Shown: positions 1-12,299 of the stretch, piece after piece
Position numbering within the stretch: position 1 is the first letter of the stretch
Layout of the letters: each line of letters opens with the position of its first letter
NCBI RefSeq assembly: GCF_048593235.1
Contig: NC_133619.1
Location: 40,252,454-40,316,453 of the forward strand
Origin: Sminthopsis crassicaudata
Taxonomy: Eukaryota
Reading direction: 5' to 3'
Length of the DNA: 64,000 nt
Program-made: the position numbers and the translations under genes
Notes under the pieces: generated by a model
What the model was told of the DNA's origin: nothing
What the model saw: only the letters and a program-made list of their open reading frames with translations
Databases searched by the model: none

Positions 1-1012
1 TTGATCTTTTGCCTTTCGGAATATCAGGTTCCAGGCCCTTCTATCTTTTAATGTGGAGGCAGCCAGATCTTGTGTGACCCTTATTGTGGCACCTTGGTAT
101 TTAAATTGTTTTTTTCTAGCTGCTTGCAGGATTTTCTCCTTTGTGTGGTAATTCTGCAGCTTAGCCACAATATTCCGTGGTGTTCTTTTTTTAGGGTCTA
201 TTTCAGAAGGAGTTCGATGAATTCTTTCGACATCTACTTTCCCTTCTGTTTCTATTATCTCTGGACAGTTCTCTTTGATAATTTCCTGTAAAATAGAATC
301 TAGGCTCTTTTTTTGGTCACAGTTTTCTGGAAGTCCAATGATCCGCAGATTATCTCTCCTAGATCTATTTTCCAGGTCTATAGATTTTCCCAGTAAGTAT
401 TTGACGTTGTTCTCCAGCTTTTCATTTTTTTTTTTTTTTGTTTGACTGATTCTTGGGTTCTCTGTGAATCATTCATTTCTATTTGTTCCATCCTGAATTT
501 TAAGGAGTTATTTTCTTCATTCACGGTTTTTAGTTCTTTTTGTAAATGCCCAATTTTGTTTTTAAATGAATTATTTTGCTCTATTGAATTTTTTTCCATT
601 TCCCTATTTTTTTTTGAGAATTATTTTCTTTTTCCAATTCAGAAATCCTATTTTCTTGAGACTTTTTTATCTTCTCCAATTCAGAAATCCTACTTTCCTG
701 TGATTTTTTTACCTTTTCTAATTCACAAATTTTGTTTCCCTGCATCTCCTGTGAATTCTTTATTTTTTCCAACTCCAATTTCAGAACGTTGTTATTCTCT
801 ATCATAGCTTCTCTTTCCTTTCCCCATTTTTCTTCAAACTCTCTTAACTTTTTAATAGTCTCTTCTAGGAGAGAGTTATGTGATGGGGGGCAGGAATCGT
901 TCCCCTTTAGGTTGTTATCTGCTGACTCTCTGCTGTTAACTTCCTCGGGGTTGGATACCTGCTCTTTCTCTGTGTAGAATGAGTCAATGGTTCTTTTTTG
1001 CTTTTTACTCAT
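1..1012 (-). pseudogene. L1 ORF1p (coiled coil + RRM + start of CTD), disrupted only by two homopolymer frameshifts
   Basis: MSKKQKRTIDSFY... coiled coil with 14-aa repeats. Positions 420 to 1 translate without stops: KLENNVKYLLGKSIDLENRSRRDNLRIIGLPE...RIHR...PRNIVAKLQNYHTKEKILQAARKK...QDLAASTL. Frame breaks fall at the T-runs 607-615 and 425-439. Confidence 0.9.
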
Positions 1013-1944
1013 ACTTAAAAAAATCTTTTGGGGTCTGTCCCTGGGGTAGGAAATTATTTATTTATTTCTTTACCAGATCCCTCCCAGATTGGATGGATGC
1101 AGCGGCTCCTGCGCCTGAGCTAAGAGAGAGCTCTGGGAGAGAGTTCCCCTCCCCCTCCCTGGAAGTGCCTCACAGGTGATCAGCACTGCTGTGCTTTGAG
1201 GGCAGCATTATGTGTCCTAGCGGCTTCCCTGAGGTTTAAGACCAAACAGTAAAGGCGACATAAAGCCCAGCCTATGCGTCCTGGTGGGGCGTGGATGTCT
1301 GCAGCAGGTGACGTGAAAAGCCCCTGCGCTCAAACTGGAAGTGTCTGCCAGAAACCGTGGTCCCTATTTCAAAGGTTCCGCTTCTCTGGGACTTCCAGGG
1401 CTGGGTTCCACAGCCTCCAGCCGAGCCAGGCACTATGTGTTACCTTGGGCCGTGTCCACCCGCTTCTCAATCTCTTAACTACCCCCAGGTGAAAAGCCCG
1501 GACAGTCTAAGTCGGCCACACCCACAGTGCCGAGATCTGCTGAGTCACTTCCTGGTGTTGGGGAGGTTCTAGTATCTAGTTTATATTTTAAAGTGGCTTA
1601 TTTTCTCTTCTGAACTGCTGTTTTATAAGCAGAGAAGAGCTAACAGCCTGTGCCAGATTCCTCTATCTCAGTGGCTTCTCTGATCCCAGAGCCCTCCCCA
1701 GCGCGAAAGGCGCAGTGTGCCAGCACCCAACCATCTGTGCTGGCCTCTCTTCTTCCTCCCCTGGGAACCGACCTTTTCTGTTGAAACTCCAGATTCTCTT
1801 CAGCTGGTAAGTCGTGCTTCCAGTCCTTGTGATTTCTATCAGTCCAGTGCTATTTTTGAGGCTGAAATTATCTAATTGGTAGTGAGGGAAGAAGGGAGCT
1901 CACAGGATCGCGTGTATCTTCTCCACCATCTTGGCTCCGCCCCC
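1..1944 (-). mobile_element. LINE-1, young marsupial type: complete 5'UTR plus ORF1, running off the window start
   Basis: The reverse complement at 1944 reads GGGGGCGGAGCCAAGATGG, the classic L1 5' terminus with a YY1 core. About 930 bp of UTR follows, then ORF1 from ATG 1012. Confidence 0.93.
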
Positions 1945-2790
1945 TGGGGATCATGTTCTTGAGACTACACGGGGGCATGGGGCTTTGTACAACAGCCAAA
2001 CGGGTCACCGAATGATACCCGAAGGTGAATAGAAAGGCCATGAGGAGACTGCAGCAAGGAGGCAGGGAGTGGGGAGTTCCCCCTAGATTTCACAGGGATA
2101 CCTGTAAAAGAGACTCAAAGACCTGTTGTAATTGTAGGACTCCCCATTTGATGGGACGGTTGGAGGCTTCAGCCCCAACTTGGCCACATTGCTAGAGCAA
2201 ATAATCCCAAGGTATGGGCTGGTAGAAAGATTGATTCAGGCTCACTTCACCTCAAAGCTGTTGCAGCAGAGAAGATGAGAGTTTGCTAGGGGTTTACATG
2301 GTACCCACCCTCCTCAGGGAAAGTAGAGAGGATGAATGAACTGCTTAAGAAACAAATGACCAAATCGATCATTGAAACCAAACTCCCTTGGACCATAGTT
2401 TACCCCTTGTCTTAATGAGAATCTGCTCAGTTCCAAGGGGGATAAAGGCCATCTTCCTAGGAGAGGCTATTTGGGTTACCTGCTTAGGATGGTAGGAGGG
2501 GCTATCCACTTTTGAAATCAAAGATAAGTCTTGCAAGACTGTGTCCTGACAGTATCATCCTCCCTTTCAGATCTTAGATGGAGAGGACCACTCCCCCAGT
2601 GCTCACCCTTGCTGCACACTCATTCCAACCAGGAGATTGCAAGCTGATTAAAACCTGGAAGGAGGTGAAGCAGCAACCTGGCTGGGACCATCCCTACCCA
2701 GTATTTCTGGAAACCATGGAAACCAGGGTAAAACCAGTGAGGCAGGAAAAAAGGACCATCCAGCCTGGCGACTCTCCATTGAAATGACCA
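1945..2790 (+). mobile_element. Class I ERV pol, integrase region, degenerate (HERV-I-like)
   Basis: Hand translation across frameshifts gives EQIIPRYGLVE.IDS..HFTSK and WYPPSSGKVERMNELLKKQMTKSIIETKLPWT (about 2298-2395). W-x-PPSSG(K/R)VERMN is typical of HERV-I-like integrases. Confidence 0.85.
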
Positions 2791-3032
2791 GAAAGCTAAG
2801 GGATGCAGGCTGGGGACTCATGGTCTTGGGTTTTGGATTCCTTCTGTAAACTGAGGGATGTTTTGTAGGCAACTTTTGTGTGCAGAACTTCCTTGGAAGA
2901 AGGAAGGCTATGAGTCCTACAAATGATTGGACCTGAGGGACTGGCTTTGGTGTTTGAGTTATCAATACTGGTGGTTGAAATTTGTGGGATTATATTTTTA
3001 TGTCCCCCACCCCACCCCTGCTCAAACTCAGA

Positions 3033-4368
3033 ATGTGGCTGGGGCTCATCATCATCTGGAGTCTGGGGATGTTAAAGATACAGGAGAAGCCTTTGACTGA
3101 GTGGAGGGAAGAGGATAAGGCTTATGATAACAGTTGATCGCTCTGGGAGGGGGCACTCCAAGAAAGGTTGAGGTATGGGTTAATTTGACAAAAACAGGGC
3201 ACCACAAATGATTCAAGTAGATCCCTGTCAGACAACTGAATGTGGGGACATTGATAGCCATAGGAGGATAGAAGTGAGTATACTTTTGTGTGGACAAAAA
3301 AACCAGATGAAACTCCAGATATGATGAATAGAGACACCCCTTGTGCAGCTTGGGATGATACGTGATGGACCACCTAGTGTAGGGGTTGGGCTCAGTCAAG
3401 AAGTCCTTCAACATGAGTTAAAATATAAGATAATCTTTAAGGATGTGGTGGGGCCGAAGGATGGGAAGCTAAATTATAATCCCATACACAACACAATCAA
3501 AAGGGCAGACGTGAGTGTGACTGGGACTTTTGGAATGGGAATAGATGTTAGGGGGAAGGATCCCATAGGTAGAAAAGACATGTCTATAAATGACCCTCAA
3601 AGAGTTAAGGCAGTAGAAATGAGATTTAAAGGAGGAAGTAGAAATAGAGACAGGATGCAGAGACACTAATAATGGATAGAATAGGTCAAATACACTGTTA
3701 AAAGCCCAAGTAAGAGTGATGGTTACACTTGTGTGTCAGGCAGACCAGCAGCACATACAGTACCATTTCCTTAGGATTGGAGAGTCATGAGACTGAATTT
3801 AAGTGCAGAGTATGGCTGTTCCTCAACAGCACTGTGAAAAATTGTGCAGCATTCTCTCTCCTGCTTCAACCAGTCAAGAAAGGCACCACTATGGGTATTC
3901 CCACCGTTACCTCTGGGATGGACAATCACTCTACCTGCCTTTCAAGGGGGAAGGATTTCTGGATGAAGATGGAATGGCTCTCTGAACCCAGCTGTGGAAT
4001 GTGACTAAGGACTGCAGTAACAATTTCTCAAGAAGGCAATTTCTCCCCCAGGGCAGATTTATGGTGGCTCTTTGGAGGAAAAAAACACCTCCACCTGACT
4101 CTCCCTCCCCACTGGGCAGCTACTTCTGCTTTGATGCAATTGGCTGTCCTATTCATTGTAGGCTATCAGGTCCTGGTTGACAGGTGAGGAAGGCCAAAGG
4201 AATATGAGATGAAAAAGGAAGGTTTAATGAATGACAGAATCTATTTGGATGCTATCAAAGTTTCATAGGGGATTCCTGATGAGTTCAAAACAAGGAATCA
4301 AATAACAGCAGGATTTGAATTCTCCCTCTTTTAGTGGTCCATCATCAATAAAAATGTGGATTGGATAT
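3033..4368 (+). mobile_element. Class I ERV env (signal, SU and start of TM), degenerate, HERV-I/HERV-IP10-like
   Basis: Signal-like MWLGLIIIWSLG at 3033; PQMIQVDPCQTTECGDI; GMGIDVRGKDPIG; NDPQRVKAVE; CVSGRPAAHTVPFPLGW; furin site R*KR at 4207-4218; DRIYLDAIKVS*GIPDEFKTRNQITAGFEFSLF*WSIINKNVDWI. The sequence is cut by L1 at about 4369. Confidence 0.85.
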
Positions 4369-4369
4369 T

Positions 4370-4519
4370 GATAAATGGTCAAAGGATATGCCCTGGCTAC
4401 AGGCACATGCTTGGGGAAGATCTTGATTTGGCTTCCTGGACAGAGTAGAAAGTGGAAGGGAAACTTGAGGCACCATTCCCCTTAACCCATGATTAGAAGT
4501 GCTTACATTAATACCTCTT

Positions 4520-4552
<33 letters not shown>

Positions 4553-5570
4553 AATCCACAAAGAAGAAAGGACCTCACCATTGAAATATACTATGGGAAC
4601 AAGGAAGAGCAGGGCTCATCTTCAGAGGAGTACACTGAAATAAAAAAAAGCTTCTACCCTAAGAGTAAAGTGAAATGGCTTCCTGCCCAGAGAGAATTCA
4701 TAGAACTCAAAAAAGAATTTTAAAATCAAATGAGAGACATTGAGGAAAAACCTTAAAAAATAAAAATCATCCAAGAAAAAACAAGATTATGAAAAAAAGT
4801 TAATTAGAAAAGGAGATATAATCTCAAAGCTAAAAATAATTATTTGAAAATTAGAATTGAGCAAGGGGAAGCCAGTTTAGCAATGAGAGACCAAGAAATA
4901 ACAAAATGGATTATAAAGAGTGGAAAAATAAAACAGAATGTGAAACATCTTAAAAAAAAAAAAAAACAACAGATCTGGACAACAGATCAAGAAGAGAAAA
5001 TGTAAGAATAATTGAACTGCCTGAAAGTTGTGACCAGAAAAAGGACCTTGACACAATAATGAAAGAAATAATCTAAGGAAATTGTCCTGGAGTGATAGAA
5101 CATGCGGGGAAAGTAGAGAAAGAAGAATTGCACTGACCACCACTTCAACAAAATCCTATGTGGAAAACACATAGGAATATTATGGTCAAATTTCAAAAAA
5201 GCCAGAGCAAAGAGAAAAATTTGCAAGAAACAAGAAAAAAACCAATTCAAATACACTGTAGTACAGGACTTATCAGCAACTACAATAAAAGACCATAGGT
5301 CCTGGAATCTTATCAAAAGAACTAAGTCTGAAACCAAAAGTATCATATCTAGCAAAATTATGTATTTGTAGCTTTTCAGGACTTTCTATCAGTCAAACCT
5401 GAACTTAATAGAAAATTTAACATGGAAGAGTCAATATAAAAAAATCAATTTCAAGGAACTCAATATGGACAAATTATTTGTGTTGGTTTTGGGTGGGAAA
5501 TGAATACCGTGTGTGTAAAATTACGTTAGATGGACCCCAGGATAGGGTAACAAAATAATTGTTTTTTACA
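4370..5570 (+). mobile_element. Older L1 fragment (end of 5'UTR, decayed ORF1, short 3' remnants)
   Basis: Degenerate ORF1 motifs (TTDLDNRSRRENVRIIELPESCDQKKDLDTIMKEII; HRNIMVKFQ...KEKILQ) with several stops and frameshifts; a 28-nt A run at 4524-4551. Confidence 0.85.
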
Positions 5571-6359
5571 CAGAGCTAGAATTCTGAGAATTATGATAAT
5601 AATTAACAAAACTACTTAACAGGTGGATTCACTCAGAAATGGGTCCATAGTCTTTTCAATTACACTCTTATCACAAACCCCAACCTGGCTCAAACTAGTC
5701 AGGGTTCGTGACCTGGCAAAGGCAAATGGGGAATGAGCATGCTTAATAAACTAATTGCATATTAACAAATACAACTGAAGGAGTTTTCTACCATCTTTGA
5801 ACATGGGGTGCATGACGAGGGAGAGAAAACATATCTAAGACGACATGAAGAAGATGGAGAAATACTGTTAGGGAATAGCGACAAATGAGGAACGACTGGA
5901 GGAGACTGGATGATACATGGGAGGGGCAGGAGTTTACAAACCACAACTTCATTCACTTTGGGGAGTTTTTATTGTTTTTGGGTGTCTCTGATCCTTGATC
6001 AATTCATAACATATCGAGCCCTAAATAGGGATGATCCAAATTCAGATCATTTGAATCATGGGATTTTTCACTCCTGTCCATGGTTTGAGCTATGTCCAGT
6101 GTGTATTCTTCCTGAATTAGTTAACAAGGTCTTGGGAAGGAGGAAAGGCTATGACAGCTTCCAGTTTCCAACTCCAATCTCAAACAAAGCAAAAGAAACG
6201 ATAACCTTACTCACCAACTCACCCTAAATGTTTCCTCATAGTACCTGCAGGTAAATGACTACAGAGAATCTAGCCTGCGATTAAACCAGGGAGGTGGTTG
6301 GGTCTTGGAGAAGGATGGCCGGGAAGGGTGGAGAGAAGCATTAGGGCAAACCTGGAGTC

Positions 6360-6514
6360 TTTTTTTTTTTTTTTTTTGGCTGAGGCGATGGGGTTAAGTG
6401 ACTTGTCCAGGGTCACACAGCTAGGAAGTATTAATTATTTGAGATCAAATTTGAACTCAGGTCCTCCTGACTTCAGGGAGGGTGCTCTACCCACTGCGCT
6501 ACCCAGCTGCACCC
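6360..6514 (-). mobile_element. tRNA-derived CORE SINE, WSINE1-like, full length with A tail
   Basis: The reverse complement has GGGTGCAGCTGGGTAGCGCAGTGGGTAGAGCACC...GAGTTCAAAT (A and B boxes), the core CTAGCTGTGTGACCCTGGACAAGTCACTTAACCCC, and poly-A. Confidence 0.88.
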
Positions 6515-6689
6515 TGCTCGGTAGTTTTTGACACTGGCTACGTGTGTGATTTCACTGTCTTTTCGCAAGGGAGTCAAGCTGCCCAAATAGCTGGGCATTT
6601 TAAAAGCTTGTCTGGCTCCTCTGACCCAGAGAGTGCTCATTAAAGGGACGGGACCGGTCGGGGGAAAGCTTCAGTGTTCCGCCCATACT

Positions 6690-8460
6690 TATCCAGACAC
6701 CCTTAAAGGGCGGAGGGATCACCAGGCTAGAGCCGAGCAGCCGGTGCCGGGAGTCTGGGGCTGGGCGTCCCCATCTGCCTCCAGCCAGTGCCCCCAAGCC
6801 GCGGGCTCGGGGCAGGGAGAAGTTTAAAAGACCACTCCCCGCTCTCCTCCTCCCCGTCCGGAGGAGTCGGCCTCTGATTGGATGGTCTTCTTTTCCACCG
6901 ATTCTAATCGGCTGGTCCTGCAGGGGGAGGGAAAACAGCGGGGCTGCGCCCGGGGAGAGCCACCAGCCTCGGCCGGAGCCTTAAAACGTGGAAGTTTTTT
7001 GTTCTTAGAGACTCTTCCTAGCGCCGGGAGCGGGGGAGCGGGGGAGCGGGGGAGCCCGCCTCCGCCTGGGCAGTGTGGACAGCCGCGGCCGCGCTGGGTG
7101 AGTTTAATCGAGGGAAGGTGGACATTTTTCTCCTGCTCTCCCCGGAAGGGGGACCGGCGCCGGAGGAGCCGGGGGCTGCTTTGGCTTCCCGGAGCCGGGC
7201 TGGGCTGGAGATAGCCTCGGGCTCTGTGGGGAAAAGGAGTTCCCCCACGGGGTAGTGGCCGTGGCTGAGAACTTTGTCCGCTCTCAGCCGCCCGGCTCCC
7301 GGGTCCTCAGCTCGGCGACCCCTTCGTGAGGCCGCTGCCTCGCCCCTGTGCAGCCCCGCTGCTCCCTCGGGAGCCGCACTGAAGAGGAGCCTGGCAGTGC
7401 CCAGGGCAGCCGGGAGGCAGCGGGGACCCACCAGTGTCCTCGGCCCGTTCCCCGGCGAGGCGAGCTCCTCGGACGAACTGACTTGCTCACTCCTCTTTGT
7501 GCGCTCCCTGGAGCGCCCACACCCACCCGCCCAGGAGGAGTCGGGAGGTCGCTCCGGGCGGGGATCAGGAGCCGTAGCGGCTTCGGGAGCCTAAAACTGC
7601 CAAGTCCCAGCTCGGTTTGCCACCCCAGCTCCATCTTCTGTCCTTTAGCCTCCCTCCCCTCCCCTGGCTCGGGCCGGCCTGTCTCCCGCCCTCCCCAGCC
7701 CACCGCCGCCTCTCCAGCTCTCTCCCGCTTTCCAACCCACTCGCCGGCTCTCCAGCCCTTTCCCCTCCTCTGCAGCTCACTCTCCTTCCCGAAGCCCAAT
7801 GCCCTCTTTAACCTCCGTCTCTACGGCTCGCTCCGGGTCCTTCCTCCTTCCCCTCCCAGCCCACTCCTCCTTTCAGCCCGCTCCCTCCAGTCCGCCTCCC
7901 CTCCCCCCTCTCCCGCCCACTCTTCCCTTCCCTCTCGTGCTCACGCCCCCTGCTCCGGCGTGCCCCAGGCCCTCGCCTGCTAGCCCCTCGGCCCTTTGCT
8001 CGCTCCTACATTCGGTGTAGAGATCGCGAGAGGAGAGAGGGGCCGGAGAGTGAGTGGTCTCAGGCCAGAAGTAGTGTGAACTTGTCTGGCCCCGGCCGCC
8101 CGGCGCGGCTCGGGTCCTAGCAGACTGGGCGGGGCTGGGAGGGCGGCTGGGAAGGGGAGAGCTCTAGGGGATGAGCCTGGGAGGATCCGCCTGGGAACTG
8201 GAAGGTTTTAACATATGAAAGCTGGGGGTGGGGGACGGAGAGGGCCAGCCATTGCCCCGGCGTCCCTGCCTTCCTTCAGGCAGCTGTGGCAGAGCCATTC
8301 CCCCAAACCTGATCAGCCTCCTTTTGTTAGCTCCCGCTTTGCTCGGGGCAGGACTACTGGGGACCCGCCCGTGGCTGCTCCTCCCAGGTGACCCCGACCC
8401 TGCACTGCCCCCCCACCGGGGACCCCGGGCAAGTCTGTCCTGTCCGAGGTTGTCCTGACC
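6690..8460. promoter_or_regulatory. CpG island; probable B3GNT5 promoter
   Basis: Dense CpG and very high GC against an AT-rich background. Reverse CCAAT (ATTGG 6877-6881), GC boxes, TATA-like TTAAAA at 6981-6986, near-match to TCTCGCGAGA at 8022-8031. Confidence 0.8.
7008..7097 (+). other. B3GNT5: Probable non-coding first exon of B3GNT5 (5' end uncertain)
   Basis: Starts about 25 nt after TTAAAA and ends at a strong donor CTGG|GTGAGT (7098-7103). Mammalian B3GNT5 has a CpG-island non-coding exon well upstream of its single coding exon. An alternative donor GTGAGT lies at 8050. Confidence 0.5.
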
Positions 8461-10066
8461 CTACTCAGGCCAGAACAACCGCTGCAGGTTTGGGAATTTC
8501 CAACAGCATGTGGGGGTGGGGGAATAGGGGGTTACAAAGAAAGAAGGATGCAAGCCTCCTACTCCGGCCTCAATTTTCTGGGGCTCCAGGAAGCCATCCG
8601 TGTGATTTCTATGCCTCTAGTTTTAAAATCGGTGTACAAATTCTCTATAAGCAGGTAGGGAAGATTTTATGCGCTCCGCTCCCCCTCCCCCCAAGTCTCT
8701 CAGATTCTAATATGAAAAGTCGGGTATTTGAGCCAGGATGGGACAAAATAAACCTCAGAGTGAGAAATCCCTGCCATGATGGGGGGGGGGGGGAGCCGCT
8801 CCTCGAGTCCAGCATCTGCTGCAGCCTTCATCCAGGTGATACATGAGCTTTAAGTTTGGGGGTTTAAGAATTGTGTGTCCACCCTTGTTTGAGAAGCACT
8901 CATTTGTGGGTCCCCAGACTCCAGAACCATTTAGCCTCAGTACACCAGAGTTCTAATAACTGCCTGACTTCGAGATGACGTTTCATTTTGGAAATATTGT
9001 TCGTTTCCTTTATCCTCCCATTCATTTACTGTGAGGTGTATGATGGGAGTGGTACCCTAGAAAAGGGTGATGAAAGGTACTTCTCTGAAATAGTATCCCC
9101 GGATGTAGAATTGCCTAATTGAATACAACCGTAGTGAGAAAGAAGATGAGTACAATCAACCCTTAAAGGGCAGTTTTCAGGGAGAAAATAACTGGCTTTT
9201 ATCTTTCTGCTTATAAGAAAAAAAAGAGGAAACCCTTTGAGCTAACTATTTAAAAACCTCCAGAAAAGTGAAATATTGCCCGGCAATAATCTTTCTAATA
9301 ATAATGCTTATAATCCATTCTAATGCTAGCTACATTAGCACAGTCGAAAAGAGGGCCCAGTTTTGCCGCATCTGGGCCAGAAGTGACAATGCACTCAGAT
9401 GTATTCCTTGCAGAAATTTTTTTCATTATCTCTCTAAATATATCTGCCATAATTGAAGCATCAGTTTTGGAAAAGGCCCTAACTCTCTGGAATTAAAAGA
9501 AGTAGGTCGACCCCTCCGAGACAATTGTACTTGTCAATGCAAACATCTTTTTTAAAGAATGCATTTGTACTCTCTTGGTCACCATGAGGGTGACCAAGGA
9601 TGATGTCTAAAGACTTTCCTTTCTTTCCCCTCATCTCCCTTGTTTCCATCCAAAACAGGTCTGCAGGTCAGTGAAAACTGTATTAATAACCTTTCCTCAC
9701 TTCTAAAGCTAATTATTAGATTCATACCCTTCTGGGGTGCATCTTTTCAGAGCTCCTTTCACTTTTCCCTTCTGACAGATGTGGCATTCTGAATTACTGA
9801 CATTTACAAATAGTACTTGATTGTGTTCCCCCCACCCACACAAGGGGTTGTCATTATTTAGTGTGTGAATTCCAAGTATAGCCCAACCCTTCATAGGCTA
9901 ATAAACACCACATACTTTGAAAGATCATTCATCATGACCTTTTCATTTTTCAGTTGGGGAAACTGAGGCTCCCACAGGTTAAAGTCTTGGCTCACTCTAG
10001 CAGAGCCAAGATTCTAACCCACTTCCTCTGATTCCAAATAGAGTGATCCACTTTACTATATTACCT

Positions 10067-10278
10067 AGACTAAGGTTCTTGAATTTTATGTCATACTTTC
10101 TGCTGAAAGTCTGTGAAGTCCTCATGTTTAAATACACTAGATAAAATGCATAGACTACAAAGGAAAACAATTATATGGAAGTACAGTGATCAAATTTTAA
10201 AAATTCATGTTCCCTCAGAAATCTATACACTCCAGCTTGAGTGGTGATAATGCTTAGTTTAAGAACCCTTGGCCTAGA
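10067..10278 (+). mobile_element. Non-autonomous hAT/Charlie-type DNA transposon relic
   Basis: Degenerate terminal inverted repeats (AGGTTCTTGAA ... TTTAAGAACCCT). Related copies occur near 12030-12130, 40549-40755 and 41270-41370. Confidence 0.55.
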
Positions 10279-12299
10279 GAAAAGATAACTGGCTATCAGG
10301 TGACTCACCTATGCTTAAGGTAAACATAGGAAGTACTGAAGATGAATGGAAGGGTTTGAAAAAAAATTTTGCACAAATGCAAACTATGATAGGTTATTTT
10401 TAGTTTTAACTGTAGGTTAGCCTTTATAAGCTTAGTAAGAAATATTCCCATGTTTTTCGTTCACTAAAGTTTCAGGAGCTCAGTCAATAATTTTTTTTTT
10501 CTCTAAAGTGAATAGTGTAAAGTTAAAAATATTTGTTAGTTAAGGCAAATTGTGAACTCAGGTTGTTCTCTTTAAGGGCATCAGTGATGAACTAGGAATT
10601 AGTATCCTTACTTTATCTAGTTCCTACTTATTTTATTTTTGCTGTTTTCATTTTTATTTTGTTGCTTCCTCATCCAGAAAAGATAATAGAGGTTGTATTT
10701 TCAACTTAAAATATCCCAAATAAATACAAATTAGGATTCTGTTATAAAAGTCTTATTAAAATGGTAATAGCTAGAATTAGTTCACAGTAATAATTCAAGT
10801 GATACTATTTTAACAGAAGAATCATGAACAACTTTCTAAAGGAAAAATATACAAGCCTCTACGCTACAGCAGCTCAGGGGTTAGGAAAAATGAGTCACTT
10901 TTTAAGACATGCTGCCATCATCTTGAACATGATCCTAACACTTTCAGTGTAGAATGTAGGCTCATTCTGGGAAGTGACAAAAGTCAACTAGATAGCTAGC
11001 TGCCCTTTGTTTTTCAAAGAAAAAAATGCTCACTTCTGATAGCCTGGTGGATGCTAAGTGAATAGTTTCTTACCTTGCATTTGTCATATTCAGGACTCCA
11101 GTGTCCTGGGGCCTCCCTTGCATTCTCTTGACATCACAAGTACTCTTACAAGGGACTAGCCCATCTCTTTCTATCCTACTTCTTGGTGGCTGTTCTGTGC
11201 AGCCTCTCATGGGTTGCATGCTACAATGTATTCCTTCTATTTTGCCCCTCTCCTTTTTGCCCTTTGTGGGATAGTTCTTTGTGACACTTTGTAAAAAGTT
11301 GTATCCTTTGTATTATTACCATACATAACACTGACTAGAGATAGATAGGATTCAGGGGGCAGAAACATTTCAGAACTGAAAAGGGATCTTCAAGTCTTAG
11401 GGTCTGATCCTGCCATTTTACAGATGAGAAAGTAGAACTAGAAGGTAGGCTTCCTGTGGCCCCTTCTGGTGCCCTGAATAATACTAAGGTGCTATGTCCA
11501 CTCCTTTTTCTGGGCTCTGACTACTGCTATCATGCAGGGCACATAGCCCTCCTCTCCTACCTCTTGGGATTACTGAGGGGACAAGATATGTTCTTGTTTT
11601 TAATGATAACATAATATTTTGACAAATACGTGGTAACCCACAGAATTTTAGAGTTGGAAAGCATCTTAGTCCTTCATATCAGATAGCCTGATATGTTTCT
11701 CATAACCTCTTGAGTCTTTTCCTTGAAAAATGAGGTAAGATCTTGTCAAACACACAGTCATCCTGGGAGGCAGGAGGAAAGAAAAAGCAGTGTCCCCTGA
11801 TGTACAGAGAAGGAAGTCAACATTATGGTAAACCTGATATTGAGAGCACCAGTCTGGGAAACAGAGAATCAGGCGTTTATTCTGTGCTCACTCGATTTTC
11901 AACTATACAATCTTGCGGGCTCCTTATAATCCTGGGATGCTACACTTCTGCCATCCTTGACTCGATCTAGGATCTTAAATTCCTTAAACTTAATCCAGAA
12001 TCTAAAGTTTGACATTCCTGCATTTCAGGTTTTCTTAATAATTTTTTTGTCATGTTCCCCTTTTCAAAGTCTGGGGAAATCTATGGATCCTTTCTAAAAG
12101 TCATGATATATATTAAGCAAGTTAAGAACCTTTACTTTTCACCAAGGGATATTTGACTTGTTAGAGAAGACACAGACATCACATGAAAAAAATAAATTGT
12201 GATTCTTCGGTGAGATTTGAATTCTCAGTAATTTAGCAAATCAGTTTCCAGTTAGTCTAATCTGCAAAAATCACTTGGGGGAAGGAGAAAGATCTAGTG

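Noticed and set aside
6205-6260. Possible 22- or 30-nt - strand microexon (ctgcag|GTACTATGAGG...|gtgagt) for MCF2L2
   Set aside because: Splice-like signals only; the peptide does not resemble the expected DH start (R-x-I/V-M/I-x-E/D-L-L/I-E-T-E).
6882-8846. Many overlapping 60-211 aa ORFs on both strands in the CpG island
   Set aside because: Low-complexity Pro/Gly/Ala/Arg/Ser translations are expected from stop-poor GC-rich DNA; no domain motifs.
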